Of a DNA stretch of 64,000 bases, positions 13,048 through 27,700 are shown piece by piece. How positions within the stretch are numbered: position 1 is the stretch's first letter; the number at the start of each line of letters is the position of its first letter. Below the pieces are notes generated by a model that did no database searches, was not told the origin of the DNA, and was given only the letters and a program-made list of their open reading frames with translations. The stretch lies in contig NMRA01000105.1 in assembly GCA_002633005.1 (NCBI GenBank), forward strand, positions 62,001 to 126,000, given 5' to 3'. Source of the stretch: Phoronis australis (lineage: Eukaryota > Animalia > Phoronida). Made by a program: the position numbers and the translations under genes.

Positions 13048-13967
13048 TAAGACCCACCAATGCTTACTTGTTTACTTTACTTGAACACTTGAACACCTTA
13101 ACCAGGGTGTCTAATTTGAGCCATGGTGTCTAATTTGAGCCAGGGTGTCCAATTGGATACGTGCTAGATGAAGGCTTGCTCAGGAAATAAAAACAGGAAA
13201 TTTCTAACATTTCAACTTCCTCAAAAGGACATTCGCTCTAATGAAAATAAAACAACATAACAAAGCACTCGTCAAAGTGAAAGAATCAATGATACCACTC
13301 ATTCTGATCTATTTCACTGTTATGATCACATTAAAATAAAACATGTCAAAGTTAAATGCATAAAGACGTTACAATTCATGGCTATGATGATACATTTCAT
13401 TGGTACGATCAGAATAAAAATGGAATCATAAGGTGCCACGGCAAAAATTTGGGTAATTGGTCATGTAAATGCCCAGCCCCAACTTTTGAAAATGTTTCGA
13501 TTTAAGCGCACACTGCTAGGGCTATCGCTCACAAGGGACAAGATATTTTGAGGCTTCTTATTTTGTGCAAATCTGATTAATACAAGATACAAAATTATGT
13601 TAACACCAGTTTGGATGAATATGGCCTTTGACACAACCAGTGTCCGGTTTGAATGTTGCCTAGCTCGCTCACATTTTGCACCAAACTTTGGATTTGAAGA
13701 ATTCAATTTCGGAGTTCATACCTGACCAGGCAGTTGTTCTCAATCTGTCAAGCACCTATCTTTCCTCACATCCAGTTTCTTAAAATTTACCCTCTTAACC
13801 CACATGATCGGGGGGTGGGGGGTGGGGGAGGGATTCTTCTCAAAGAGTCTACAGCCAAAATTTGATATTCTGTCTTGTGTCTTTTAGTCTGCTAATGAGC
13901 AGGCTAAGGATTTCTGTCTTTTGGCTTCAAGTTGTAAACAGATTTTCTGACTTCAAGGTCATTGTCT

Positions 13968-14622
13968 ACCTTCGTTACCAAAGACTAGATTTGTTAAAAA
14001 ATAACTTTTGAACTATTAATAGAAGACCAATTAAACTAGTTATTTTTAAAGTTATTTTGTATAACAGAATCTTATTGTGCGCATGAAAACAATGTTCAGA
14101 CATTCCTGATCATGTGACTGCATTTTTTTCTAAAGAATTGCATATTTTCACAGAGACAGACGTATTTACCCTAAATGTGAATTTTTCGCTCAAAACTTGC
14201 AAATTCTGTTTTTTTATTCTATCAAGTACAAAACCCTGTCTGGGATTTCCTTTTAAGGCCTCTTAGCCTGACAAATCTGTTGTCAAAAATCAAGACGTCA
14301 ACATTTTTGAAAAAACAGATTTTTTGGACTCAAAGGCCTTAAAAGAAAATCTCAGGCCCCCTTTTGTACCTAATAGAACAAACAAACAGAATTTGCAAGC
14401 TTTGATTAAAAAAAAACTGAATTTGCGGAAAATTTAGAGATCTCCGTGAAAAATTGTGATTTTTACAAAAATCCAGTCAAGAGATAACGAACATCTGAAC
14501 ATTGTTTTCATGCACAAAATAAGATTTTCCCCGATTCCCAGGGATTCTAAAAATATATGGCTTTATGGATTTACTATTAATAGTTGGGAAGTGATTTTAA
14601 AAAAATCTTTGTTAACAAAGCC
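13968..14622. mobile_element. Diverged foldback element with about 290 bp arms
   Basis: gcatgaaaacaatgttcaga/tctgaacattgttttcatgc, cttgcaaattctgttt/aaacagaatttgcaag and ttttaaggcct/aggccttaaaa occur in mirror order. Confidence 0.75.
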
Positions 14623-15672
14623 TTAGCCTGATTTTGTGAAACAGGTTAGACCTCCAATAAAGTGACTTTTAGCCAGAAGTCAAACGACAACAGACTCTCC
14701 GAGAAACTGCCCCCTAATCAACTGTCAACCTTTGATTTTCAGGTTTGCCAATTTAAGTACCCAATGGCAATACAGCATATCTAAACATTTCTCAAAAATT
14801 GAAACACATTCACATGATTATCTGTTCATGCGTGCATCCAGGGGGGAGGGGGGATCGATATATTTTACGGTCACTATCTGATGACAATAAATCTTATCGT
14901 TACAAGCAGCATAACATTATTACCACACGTGACCAAACTTTGTCTGTGTTATATTTCAACATCCAAAAGTTTTGTTGCAACTGCGGCTGTAAGATTCTTT
15001 CCAGAAATGACTACAGCTGAAAAATTAGGAAGACACGAAGAAAGCTACACACAAAGAGTGACGACCTCATCTCGTGCAAAAGTAAAACAGTAGCAACCAG
15101 ACACACAGACAGACAGTGGTCGTGACGCAAATAATGGCGTGATAAACACGACAACTGACAACAACAGCCAGTTTACACTGTCACGACGTGTGACAAACAT
15201 GGCCACGGGGACGGAAGCGAGAGATAACGACTGAGATCACCATTCAATATAATGCCCTAATCGATTCCTGAATGATGAACATTGTCGCACAGTAACTGAC
15301 TTGAAGTATTGACGTAATTTCGCTGAAAGAAGTTTTTATTCCAAGCACAATAATTACTTTGGTCATTGCCTCTGTCTACGTTAGCTGTCCTGTATATTCG
15401 ACGGCCAATGCAGTTAAATCAAATCTACCTGTTAAGATTTGATTGATAGTGAACGGAACGCAATAGATTGGGTGTCTTTGAACTAGCTAACCAAAGCTAA
15501 GTTTTGGGGAACAACTTTCTCTGTCATAATGTGTTTGTAAATGGCAGGGATTTGTACATAACATTCAAATCTCCAAATTCACCAAACACTACAGTTGCAC
15601 AATATGCTACAAATCCCTTTCTAACCCCACACTAAAAATGCACTGCACCCTGGTGGTGGCGATTCAACTCAC

Positions 15673-15811
15673 AGCTATGTCCGTTGGGGCTGCGGATGCC
15701 TCCGTTCTCCTCTATGGTCAAGTCGGCCAAACTATCGTCTACCGACCGTCCATTCCTGTTGCGCAGAGTCTTGGACAGTTTACGCTTGATCTTACGTATG
15801 CCGGTGGCCAT
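15673..15811 (-). CDS. CDK17: First coding exon of a PCTAIRE-family cyclin-dependent kinase (CDK16/17/18-like); gene continues toward the left edge
   Basis: Translates to MATGIRKIKRKLSKTLRNRNGRSVDDSLADLTIEENGG, resembling recalled N-termini of CDK17 (MKKFKRRLSLTLRGSQTIDESLSELAEQMTIEEN) and CDK16 (MDRMKKIKRQLSMTLRGG). Acceptor ...atccacag precedes exon start 15860; GTGAGT donor follows 15673 (phase 1). The paralog symbol is only approximate. Confidence 0.8.
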
Positions 15812-17409
15812 GACAGGTGACAAGGTCAAGCCTTCAACAGGCCAGTGACACACAGAGTACCTGTGGATTAATAAACATGATATCAACACAACATCAGACT
15901 TGATTAAATACAATAATACTTCCTAATTTTGGACATCAAAAAGTTGAATTTTATTTTTTAATTTTTTCATCAAAGACAACCAGTACCAAATGGATGTTTT
16001 AATATCGTTTTCAAGAAGTTACTCCGATGAAGTTAACAACAGATCAATTTCAGGAAAGGTGTTATTTCATTATTTTTTGAAAAGCTATACAAAAGCATGA
16101 AGCGAGGATTGAAATGCCATGATTTGTTAAGTGATGAGCAAAACATACAAATGCCGCATAATTTTAGCTCGTCTCAGGTGAAAAGTGAAAAGTGAGCAAC
16201 AAAAATGCCACACCTCTGACTGAGACTGACTCGATTTTCAAAAACAGCAGGGGGCAGTCACAACTAGGATGTTTCCACTGAAGGAAAAATGAGAAATTTT
16301 GGCTATTGTTTTTCTTTTCCGAAATTTACGAGATCTCTTCGCGTATTACTTTGAGAATTCAGATTTTAAGCACTTAAAATTCCATGTCTAAAATAAAGAA
16401 CTTCCAAACCTTCATTTAACTGTAAAATGGTTCCATTAACTCGCAAAAAATCATAATAAATTTTTAACAAAAGCAACTGCGTGAACTGTCATCTTTTACT
16501 TTATCAAAGTTTCTAACGTTTTTAAGAAGACACACAACTTTTCGAAACACAGTCTGACCGCAAATACGTAACCGAACTAGAAAAGCATCCATTTGTTACT
16601 GCTATATTTGACGGAAACATGAGATTCACTTGTCTGCCACTTTGTGTCCTATATTAAGAATATTTTATTATAGTGGGTAATACACACACACACACACTTC
16701 AATATTGAGTCAACACGACTGAAGTTAACTTTAATAGACTTACTAAGCACATAAAAATATACTCTTTCCATAATTGCAGTGTTAACTACAGATTTAATTT
16801 CCCATTTATCCAATTCTAAGAGGCTACAACTAGTAAAATCAAGGTATCAAACACTGTTATTATCCAACAAGGAAAGTGTGTTAATTCCAATGACATTTTT
16901 ATACAAAGGTAGTAAAGGAAACGACCCACAATGCACCACCAGAGCCATGCCCTTGAAGTACAAGACCTCAAGGCATTGCCAAACATGTGAAAATGACTTA
17001 CAATAACTTGATATTGCCAATTTAGCCTTAATTAACCAAGAGCGGTGCACCAAAGGGTACTACATCAGAAACACATTTAGTCAATCTAAATGGGACTGAA
17101 AGCTATTTATTTTGATAGATTCTGATCTGATAAGCTGGTTTTTAATAGTTTACAAGTCTGTTAAGGTATCTATCAGGGACTGGAAAGGATATAGTGGATT
17201 ATATTAGGAGGCAACTTATGAAGACCTCCTTCCAAAAAGAACCAGTATTTTACACACACACATTGTAACGTAGGTGGATTTGGGAAGTCTGCCCAACTAT
17301 CATGAACGAATGTCTTTTAAAAAGTGGTTGCCTCCTCACGGTATCCTAAATATGCCATAACTGGTAACTTAGAAACAAGTGATGACTTGGGAGAAAAGTT
17401 GACAATAAG

Positions 17410-17850
17410 GCCGTCCCGGATTGCACAGGAATAGAACTCTCCTTTGTCCTAAAGATAAGAAAGCGCGTGACCCAGTGTTGGAATTCGGGCACATTTTCCT
17501 GTCTGTCACAGATGTCGGGAAGACGACGAATTTCAGATCATGCATCCACGTGTATTTGTCCACTTTGTCAAATATTTTCACGATGGAGTTGTAGCCCACA
17601 GCAAAGCAGTAAGTTCTTCGTTGGCATTGGAAGGACAAATATAGAAATGCAACCGAAAAAAACTTGTAAAGAATCAGACATCAACAAATAACATGTGAAA
17701 GTTAAACTCCAGTGGCACGGAAACAAGATAGCAACTGAGTCTGACGGATGTTTATGGCATTGTAGAAAAATACAGCGAGGTTCTGAGTGCGGTGCAATCC
17801 AGAATGGCCATGTACAGGAATTCACTGATGGTGAAAAAATTCTTGACAAT
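17410..17850. repeat. Dispersed repeat; inverted homolog at about 33800-35160, which is interrupted by a MULE
   Basis: ccggattgcacagg-atagaactctcctttgtc...aatttcagatca.gcatccac is the reverse complement of 34110-34240 plus 35142-35160. Confidence 0.7.
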
Positions 17851-19712
17851 ACTCTCTTAAGGAAAAGAGAAAGCTGAACTAAAAAAACTGTGAAAATCAA
17901 CACCTCTCCTGACGAGTTTCAATGTCCCAAATCAATGAGACTTCCAGACAGATACCTTCAGCATATCATAACTTTGGTGCAAACACAATTGCATTAAACA
18001 TCTGTATTTATCTGTATCGATGCACGCACACATACATTCTAACCATCTAACCTTCGCTTATGACCATTTTAAGAATCATAGTAATAAAGATTGAATAAAA
18101 CCAATTTAATTGTATTCTATGCAGGTATTTTAGTATATTTAGCCAATGACAAAATAGTTCAGGCATAGAAGCCTAACCCAGTAAGGCCAAATCAGACTTA
18201 TCAGAAGGGCTAGAGTGCACTAAAGATAGCAGCCTTGTACTTGCACTGTAAGTTTGGTTAAGCTTCATAAAATCTTTTACCTATATTAAGCACACAATGT
18301 GATGGATTAGTGAAAGTTGCTTTTGCCAATTGTCTCAAGAAAAATAAAGATTGAGAAAACTTTAGCCTAATATTGGCTAGGAGGGTCCTCAATGTTGATA
18401 TTGCAAAACAACATTATGCAAAGTTTCCAGTATAAACAACAAGGTAATCAGGCTCCTGAAACATAGCAAAACGTTAACTCTGGCAACTATTTAAACCCTG
18501 AAACTCAAATAAAATGTTCAAAAATGACAAATTCGATGACAGTGACAGATACTTTTTAATTTTCAATTTATATAATATCTGTGGTTGTGTTCCGTAAGCC
18601 CGTGACACTCGCGAGAAAAACTACTCGTAGGTCTACAAAATACTGCCGAGCTTTTAACTCTTGACTGTAAACAGTCTGGCATTGTCTGAAGTTAATGCAC
18701 ATTTACACCAGGACATTTATATTCATTTGAACTCAGAAAACAGCAGAGGTGCTTAGAATGGAAATCCCAAAACACCCAACCGAGAGGCCACCTGTGAAGA
18801 ATAGACTTCTCTGGGTGATACACTTGTCATGTCCATCGCCATGACAAGCAAACTCCACATCTACAAAACAGTGACCAAATTTAGATAAAACTATCCACTT
18901 AATATCTATTATAAATCAGTTATTATACTGCCACTGACAGATAGATAGCCTTCCAAGTGGTATGTGGAGTGCCTAACACATTAGGGTAGAAGCTAGAACC
19001 ACCAGCGGAAGTCAAGTAACTTTAGAGGAATTACAACATGAGGAATCTTTGAATGACGCTCACGTTTTCCACGACTTGCACAGTGAATATGCTGATCTTG
19101 TGAGTGATAACAAGAGGCAATTTCGAAAAACGAATGAGTTGATAACACTTGTGTCTCTTTTGCGTTTAATTTTGTATCAAAAAACACCACAAAACGAACA
19201 AAATGCACTAAAAAAATAAAAAAGATGCTGGAATCTCATTAAATAAATGTACATCCTTCATACAAAGGCCTCTTACCTGAGTGACCTTTAAAGCCTACCT
19301 TGAACGGTACCACACATTAACTCGACTGCGACAACGTTTTGAGCATCACTGTGAGCACACCAATAACATACATTGCCAAATGTAATGAACAGTTTCCCTT
19401 ATTGACTCACATTCATCTACATCACCACAAGAATCCATAGGCAAGTGTTCTATGCAGACCACTATTCAATACAACACAGTTCTCTCAGGACAAAAATTCT
19501 AAGAAGGTGGAAATTGCGTATCATGCTCAGGTAATCTACCTGTTAATTCATGAAAACCTCTTTAGTTACACATGTTATTTTTACTTGCTGGGCATGTTTC
19601 TATATTTTTTACTACCAAATAATAAATATTGTACTACTTTGGAACATAATGTCAATTATTCGACTTAAAAACAGAAAAATAGGCTTCACAAACATACTTC
19701 AGGATTTTAAAT

Positions 19713-20140
19713 ATGGCTCAGCTTTTCAAACATGGCTCAGAGCTTTTCAAACATGGCTCAGATCTTTTCAAACATGGATCAGAGCTTTTCAAACATGGCT
19801 CAGAGCTTTTCAAACATGGCTCAGAGCTTTTCAAACATGGCTCAGATCTTTTCAAACATGGATCAGAGGTTTTCAAACATGGCTCAGAGCTTTTCAAACA
19901 TAGCTCAGAGCTTTTCAAACATGGCTCAGAGCTTTTCAAACATGACTCAGAGCTTTTCAAACATGGCTCAGATCTTTTCAAACATGGCTCAGAGCTTTTC
20001 AAACATGGCTCAGATCTTTTCAAACATGGCTCAGAGCTTTTCTAACATGGCTCAGAGCTTTTCAAACATGGCTCAGAGTTTTTTCAAATATGGCTTAAGG
20101 TGATTTCTAAACATGGTGCATAAAATTTCAAACATGGTGC
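19713..20140. repeat. 21 bp minisatellite (AAACATGGCTCAGAGCTTTTC), about 18-20 copies, inside a MITE-like element (about 19476-20176)
   Basis: Head-to-tail near-identical units with no unique spacers. Confidence 0.97.
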
Positions 20141-20815
20141 AGCACCATGTTTAGTTGCATGTACGGAGAACACCGAACTACTGCTTTAGGAGTTTTGGTC
20201 TTTGTTCACACAGTGACGCAATGTAGTGCACAAAGGCTACTTCAATTGTCATTTTATTAGCTTACATCAAAGTATCTCCAGGACTTATTAGGAAGCAAAA
20301 TACACCAAAAATAAAAACCCGCTCAAGGAAAGCATTCAACAGATTAACCAGAAAGATTTGCACTTGGCAAAACCATTCATCTATATCAGCATATGCATGC
20401 ACAATGACAACACAAAGTAAGAACTTGACCATGAGTTAGACCTGAGATGAAAAGTAAACATTCCAACCACCTCTTAGTGGTCATGGCAAGAACCTGTCAA
20501 ACCTTCATGGACCATTATCGGCAACTTATTGTGCATTAGATGCCATAAAAATTTATCTTTATTGGTGACACTAGAAACATTAAGATCCAGCCTCTTCTAT
20601 AATTCTTCACAGATCACAGTCATTGGTTTGTCAACCGACAGATCACCGCACTCTTTGAAATGAACCGCTTCACGAGGAATTCTGACAGAGCTTATGGAAT
20701 TCAATGAAAAATGAGTTAAAATGTTTTAGCCAAGGACTCAGGGTAAGTGAATGATAATATGGATGGAAGTACCGCACACAAACCAGCACGAATAAACAGC
20801 AAACCAGTTGGGAGT

Positions 20816-21774
20816 CAGGGCTTCATCTAGGATTTCGAACATAGGGTGTCCAAAATGGGGTTCCCAATATTCCAGGGCGTCCATGATTCCAACGCCGCAT
20901 TACCCCCCCCCCTCCCCCATTCACCAGTTACAATTAAAAAATGCGTTGAACAAGGCTTTTACACCTAAGTTTACAAAAACAGCTCCCTTGTATTGGGCTT
21001 TTTCAAGTACTAAAATACTGTTGGTCAAGACTTTTATGTTTAAATTTACGAAAACAGCCAAATAGCTTACCAAACGGGTATTACAGATATAACAGATATT
21101 GGTTGAACGATGAGTGCACTGTTTTTGGTCATCTCAAGTCAAATTCTGTTATAAAGTTTATTATATCAACTTCACTAGCTTTATATTCTGTACAATGAGT
21201 CATCAAAGCTACAGTTACCAACAAAAGAAAAATGCACAGATGATGTTGGTTTATATTTTGACAACAGGTGTCACTGCTGCTCCATTTTAGACGCACATAG
21301 AAAAGCATGAAACAGGCGAAAACTCAAACATTTTAAATGGGGATATTCTTGCGGCACATCATATTATTAAAATAATGACATTTATTTTGCTTTTGGTATT
21401 TTTAAAAAAAGATGAAGTACATGAAATTACAGCTCTGAAACACCAGTTTGGAGTTAAGCAAGGTCCATGTCCCTATATAAAGTACAGAATGGCAGTGGCA
21501 TGTGAGTCTATTGAAAGCAGACACTGGCAACCAACCACGTGCTAATGATTGACAGGTCTACCAAATAGTTTGAATAATGCAACATTTTAAATACTTTGTA
21601 TATCTCTTTCCAGTTGAAAGGGCCAACTTCCCCCTTTGATTAACTGGGAGTCTTAGTAATCATTCAATGTGGGAGAAATTCTGATTGACAGGGGCGTCCA
21701 AATGATACATTGGGCATCCTTGCCAGGGCGTCTACATATTTGGACGCCCAGGAGGGACGCTGCATCAAGGCCTG
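20816..21774 (+). mobile_element. hAT MITE, long form
   Basis: CAGGGCTT...AAGGCCTG ends; perfect 8 bp TSD TTGGGAGT. Confidence 0.88.
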
Positions 21775-24700
21775 TTGGGAGTACACAGTGGCGTACCGAG
21801 GGGTGTGGGGGACGAATTCAAGTGTTTATAAACCACGTCCTGCAGCCAAACACACAACTTTCTTCACTGGTGCATTATTAAACATTGTGTTCTCAGCTAC
21901 TGCTTTCAATTGATATAGGTAGCAACAAAAACTGGTATAATTCTCCTAACCACAACTACACTACCAAAGCGGCATGGTGTGATGGCCAAACTTCAGGAGA
22001 CTGCTCTGAGACAGTTACCAAGTGTCAATTCTACCATAACCATTCATGTTAATGACCATTTTCACCTAGGCGTCAACTACCTATTCTCGAAATGTTTTGA
22101 TTAAGCGCCCGGCTTCTACTTTTGAGAATTTTCGATTAAGCACTCACTGCTTAGCTTGACGTTCACTTATCTTTTGCTTCATTGAATTGATTTTCAGAGT
22201 AGTAAAGGCGCACTTTTAAAAGTGGAAACCGGGTTAATTTTGAGTCGCAGTTTAGTTGTGGAAGTACCCACAGAAATTGTCTGATAGCACCATGTGAAGT
22301 CCACTAAAGACGTCATCAAAATTGACACTTACCGAGACAATAGTCAGTCATATGAACTCTCATTCTCCACAAGCTACAAATTTATGTTTCAAAGGAACCA
22401 GTCTTTTGGCTTAAGTTTGAGAGATAAATCTTGGTTTTGTTTACCTGAAAAGATGACTCAAGTGCCATCCACAGTAAGAATTACCAAAGAACAAATTTCT
22501 CCTGGAAGGAGTTTTCGCTGTGTTTAATAGAACTGCGGTGGAACTTGTGCTAGGGAAACTCGACACGTGTGTGACAACTTACCTCGCCTAATCAAGGTAG
22601 GGTAATTTCTTCTAGGATAACTTGCCTCAGCGCAAGTTGTAGTGTGGGCGCAAGCTGACAAGGCGGAAGTAACTACCTTCTGTGCACTTGCTCAGAAGTA
22701 CAGCATGGGCGCTCAGTTAAATGGGGACAAGCTGCTCTAGGACGGAAATTGGGACAAAGTCCCAGTATTTTGAAGCTTTTTTATTCTTGCAAAAATAATC
22801 ATTGGATAGAAAAACAACAGTAGCAAAGGCAATTTTTTCTAGTGAAATTTGTACTGCATCGTTCCCGCTTCCATTTTTTGTCAAAACTAGAAAAACAATG
22901 TCATTCTTGATTTTTGGTCACATACCGAGTCAACTGAAGGCCACATCGTGTGCATAAAAGAGATACAAGTTCAGAATTCTGTGTAACCACTTTTGTAACA
23001 GAGATAAGTATGTGGTCAACTTCAAAACAAAGTATGCTCCAGACACACCATTTACTCGTTTTTTGTTCAAAATAAAAAGACAGGCGATGGCTACTTCACC
23101 AGGTCAGAAATACAAACTGGTAATTAAACACTCAAAATTAAAAAAAAAATGAGAACCATTCACAGATTTTGTATCAAACTGCAGCTACCCTCGAGTACAG
23201 TAAGAATCAAAAGTGCCAATGTCTTGTAGACAGTTCCTCTCGATATTTGTAACTCATATATGCCGTATCATCTAGTCCTGCGGTTTCTCAGAAAAAAAAA
23301 ACCGGAAAACCACGCTACACATAACCACAGAACTGCCACAAGCTGATCAAGCAAAAATGTTAGTTAAACCTGTGGGTTTCCAGGAAAGTTATCGTTGTAT
23401 AACTGAGACACTGGTACCATTTTTGGAAGGGAACTTCACAAAGCATGCAGGACCGTCATTCATCCAAGGGGAAAGGTGCCTGGGCCTTTTGAGGGGAATA
23501 TTTCGGGGTGATGGGGGGCTTCTTTCCCTCCCGATCACCATCAACAGCAACTACTATTTCAAGTTGTCATCTATGTGAGTTACAAGTGATTCGAACTTTA
23601 AGATGAATTTTTCAATCACTTGAGGGGAATTTTTGGACATCATGATGGGAATTTTGCGTGATTTTTCAGTATCTTCAGAGGGGAATGGGTCCAGTATTCG
23701 GCTCCAATATCGAGGGATTGAGGGCTCTGGCATTTGAACATTTTGGATTAAATGGAAAATCTCTTTTAAGCTTAAAAGCTATCATATTGCAAGTAAAGAT
23801 AACCTGCTAAGACCATGCAGTCATAACAATCACACAGAGAGTATTGCTGTCTCAGACTACAATTATTCCACTATAAAACCAGTCTCAAACTTTAGAGCAA
23901 CATGAAAATGACAACAAGAATCTTCCTGGCTAACCCTCATCTTCCTGGTAACCTGAAGCTGATAAGACCAATTCAAAAAACAGAAACCAGGAAAGAAGTT
24001 TTGAAGTCATGACCCCAGACATGAGCGATGACACTGGACTTGCCAGATTCAGGTCCAACTGACAGACTTCAGTCCTTGTACCTTGGTGTTGATATGGAGA
24101 TCAATTTAAAAAACAGAGGACAGGAAGTGACACGTGGGGTCATGACCAAAGACATGTGCGATGAGGCGGTGATAGTCTAGATTCGGGGTCACAGACCTTA
24201 TGGGTATTATGTTACGGTGAGTAAGCTAACAGAACTTAGTACTTACCATTCAAAAGGAGGCAACAGCTTTTCATTGATGGTCTTAAAACACCTTACCACG
24301 TGACATGGTGAGATCTAAAAAATGGTAGAGCAAAAAATTAAAGAGTGTTCAGTCAGTGCAATTAAGTTCAATTTTCCAAATGAAAACACCTGACGGCATT
24401 TTAAACCATACGTCTCCAGTTGGAAAATGTTACCAGATGAGAAACCGCAGAAAATTATACAAGTCTTGACAAAAAACCTTCAATGATAAAACAAAACCAA
24501 GTGTGACATGTATAAATGTAAAACCAAGATGTGAGCTGAAAGTGCTAAGTATAGAATCTTAACGTATGTCAGTGAGGACATTGGGATCCTTGATGAAGTT
24601 AAAGTCTTTAGCAACAAGAGGGTCATACAACCAAGGGCCACTTAAAAGTCATAAACTATGAAAAATGAAGTACCCGGTACACAGCACCTGATGAAAGCAA

Positions 24701-27700
24701 AGATGTTGTTTCGTTCCACAAAGGTAACATTGAACAAAGCTGTCAAGGGACAGGTCACTTAGAGTGCACTAAGAATTGGTAATTCAATGAAGTTATAAAA
24801 TCAAGAACTCAAAAAATGAGCGTTTGATTCAGACGTCGTACCGCTACAAATCTGTCACTAACTTGTTTCTTACTCATATTATTGGGCTTGACAAGAATTG
24901 ATAGTTTGTCGAGATCAGACGCGATAAGTTGGATTGTCATGGCACGCACACGACCAGCATGGTCAGTTCTTCCATAGTCCAAAATCATTCATCATCATAA
25001 ATGTTATGAATATTTGCAACCCCCTATCTAACCGTAACAAAAAATCAAGTTATTTTTTGATGGCTGAAGTCCATTTAGTGTCGCTTTAATGAGTGAGTTT
25101 CTGATGAGTGAACAATATGTTAAAATCTCACCACAAAAAAATTGCCAAAATTGGTCTTTTTATTCTTCGTAGGCTACTACCATTGCTCACAATTTCTCAG
25201 AATCATTGTCTGATTCTAGCTAAGGTAGAGCAGAAAAAAAAACTTTATTCTCATATTCACACTTCTAAGTTCTGGTTGACTTAAGAATATTGTGTACTAA
25301 ACTGGTGAGATTTTTTCGTACTGAAAAGGTATTGGTACTTAAACAAAATGCAGAAAGTCATGAGTTTACGTCCTGGAATAAGTGCATGACTGAAGGTCAG
25401 TGGCAACGGAAAGACGTAGTGCGACTAACAGATTTTCTGAATCAACCAGAACAATTTGTCAAATTAATCCGTGTATTATGTTATTTAGTCCAACTCTGCA
25501 ATCTACCAGAAAATTATTGACAGTCAATATCGACCACCTGAAGACATTCCACAGAATGAAGACATCCCACAGAATCATCACTGGTACTAAAACAATTTAA
25601 GACTGAACACGCTTTGAATTTCGATATAAAACATTAAGTTCTCTTCTGCTGTGAGTGACACCACAGAAGCCTTCTACTAGATTCACATGAGTGGTGATTA
25701 TGACATCATAAAATCGCAACAATGTAGGACATGGAACAAAGGACAAGCAAAATTTTATTTCATTTTCTTCAAAAAACTGTACAACACCTAATTAATATAA
25801 TTCAACATTCAAATTCTGGACCGCAGCTATCAACAGATTTATGGGTAACATGCACAACAGAATTATGGGAAAGAACATGCACAACAGCGATAAAAAATCT
25901 TGAAAAATAAAAAAGTTGCATTATATACATTCAGATCGTTGTTAACTCTTCTAAAATCTGACTTCATGGAAGTACTGTTGCCAGTGGCCTTAGTGGACAC
26001 AGTAAAAATATTTGGACATTACCCTTCAACACATGTTTGCCACTTCTTATTTCAAGCCAATTAGTAATTAGGCCAACTGCACCATCACCCTAATTAATTG
26101 CGGGTCAAATCAGGAACAGAGAGAGAGTCTCAAACTAGTGATGTTTAAACTATAAACAACTGGCTGAAGGAGATGCGTTGAGTTTAACATGAGATGATGC
26201 TAGAGAGCAAGGACAAAAATTAGGTACCCAACGGCTCCTAACACAAGAGTGACACAGAGCTCGATATGCAGCGCCTATGCACCTACCGTAGGCATCCCAT
26301 ACAGTGCATACAGTGCAGATACAAAGGGTGATGATTACCTTAACATTCCTACAAAAGATCCAAATATCAGACGTCATTTGTCATATCGTGTTTGATTTTA
26401 CTTTATTTCTATTTCTGTTGACAAAGGATGTTATTATATTAAAAAATTTCAGTGATCCATTTTTGTTGTTTTATTTACATATATTTATTCTACTTTTCGA
26501 CACACAAGTGTATCCTTTAGACGATCTGGATCGCCTCTTTTAGTTTCAGATTTATTTTGTACGTTATTTATCACTAAAGAGAGCAAATCTAGTAAATTGA
26601 AATGGTTACTGAAGCACCAGAACATGTATTTTTAATGTAATTTAATTTATCAATAAAGTCTACATCATAAATCACATCCTTTTTCTTCTTTTTGTGTTTT
26701 TCCTATGTTAATTCCGATTGGCTAACACGTGCATAACGTTACTGAGGCAGCACCGTGGCTGAAGCCAATGAGATAAATTAAGCTCATTTTAAGAAGCTCA
26801 TTGGGTGAAGGCCTCTCAGCTACAGAATCGTACTTTATGTGCATAAGTCATCTGTAGTCTGGGATCTCAAAAGTTCATAATAAAGTTTACTGCTGTGTTG
26901 TGTCGACTATTGATGTAGCGCAAGCTCCGCTCCCTTGCGAAAAGTCGACAAACAAACAATAAGTTTTGCCCGGCAATGTGTTGTTTGGTGGCTTGGAAAC
27001 AAAGGTATGTCAAGAATGCTGCATTCTGATTGGTCAGTTAAGACATCACTCAAAATCCAGGCAATTGGTGAATTAGGGGAACGATGTCATTTTGCATGGC
27101 CCCACGTAGCCTTGGTGCAAAGTTGTATATTAAATATACAACCGTTGCGCCGACATGGTAAAAAAAAATCTGACACAAAATTAAGGTCTTTAAAAATACA
27201 CTATTACTTAAATCAACTAAATTATTTAACGGTGTTAAAAATGGCGTTGTACCTTTCACTCTGTTGCTAAAATTGTGGAGCACTCTTTTGCGTCGGCTTT
27301 CGACGCTGTCACCTATTGGCCAGTATCATTCCCAGATTCTTCAATAAACTGTTCTTCTGTTCCACGAGGTTTTGTAAAATTTATCGGAACTGGTTTCATT
27401 TCATTACAAGTTTTTAGTTCTTAAAACCAAATCAAATTTCAGCTGCAAAGCTGTCATCATCTCCTGAGAGATGTCGCAAAACTTGAGGAAATGGCCGGTG
27501 TACGTGTTATGAACGTACTGTTTTCAAAACGACTTCTGTCACAAAAGGCAGAGAATTATGCAAAAAATTACTTTATTAGAGTGTTTTTCACTTCAACGGC
27601 TGCAGCAGGCAAGGTGAGTGTTGGTTGACTCCCAGACTTTGCATGCAGCCCTGCCAGTTTATAGCTCTACATGTTGATGACCATAGTCTTCATACAGCTA

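Noticed and set aside
19713-20140. Possible CRISPR array or repeat-protein gene (four overlapping ORFs)
   Set aside because: Units are head-to-tail with no spacers, there are no cas genes and the context is eukaryotic; the ORFs arise because the 21 bp unit lacks stops in several frames.
24688-24720. CTGATGA followed by a hairpin, a possible hammerhead
   Set aside because: No GAAA core or stems I and III follow; the same applies to CTGATGA near 25101.
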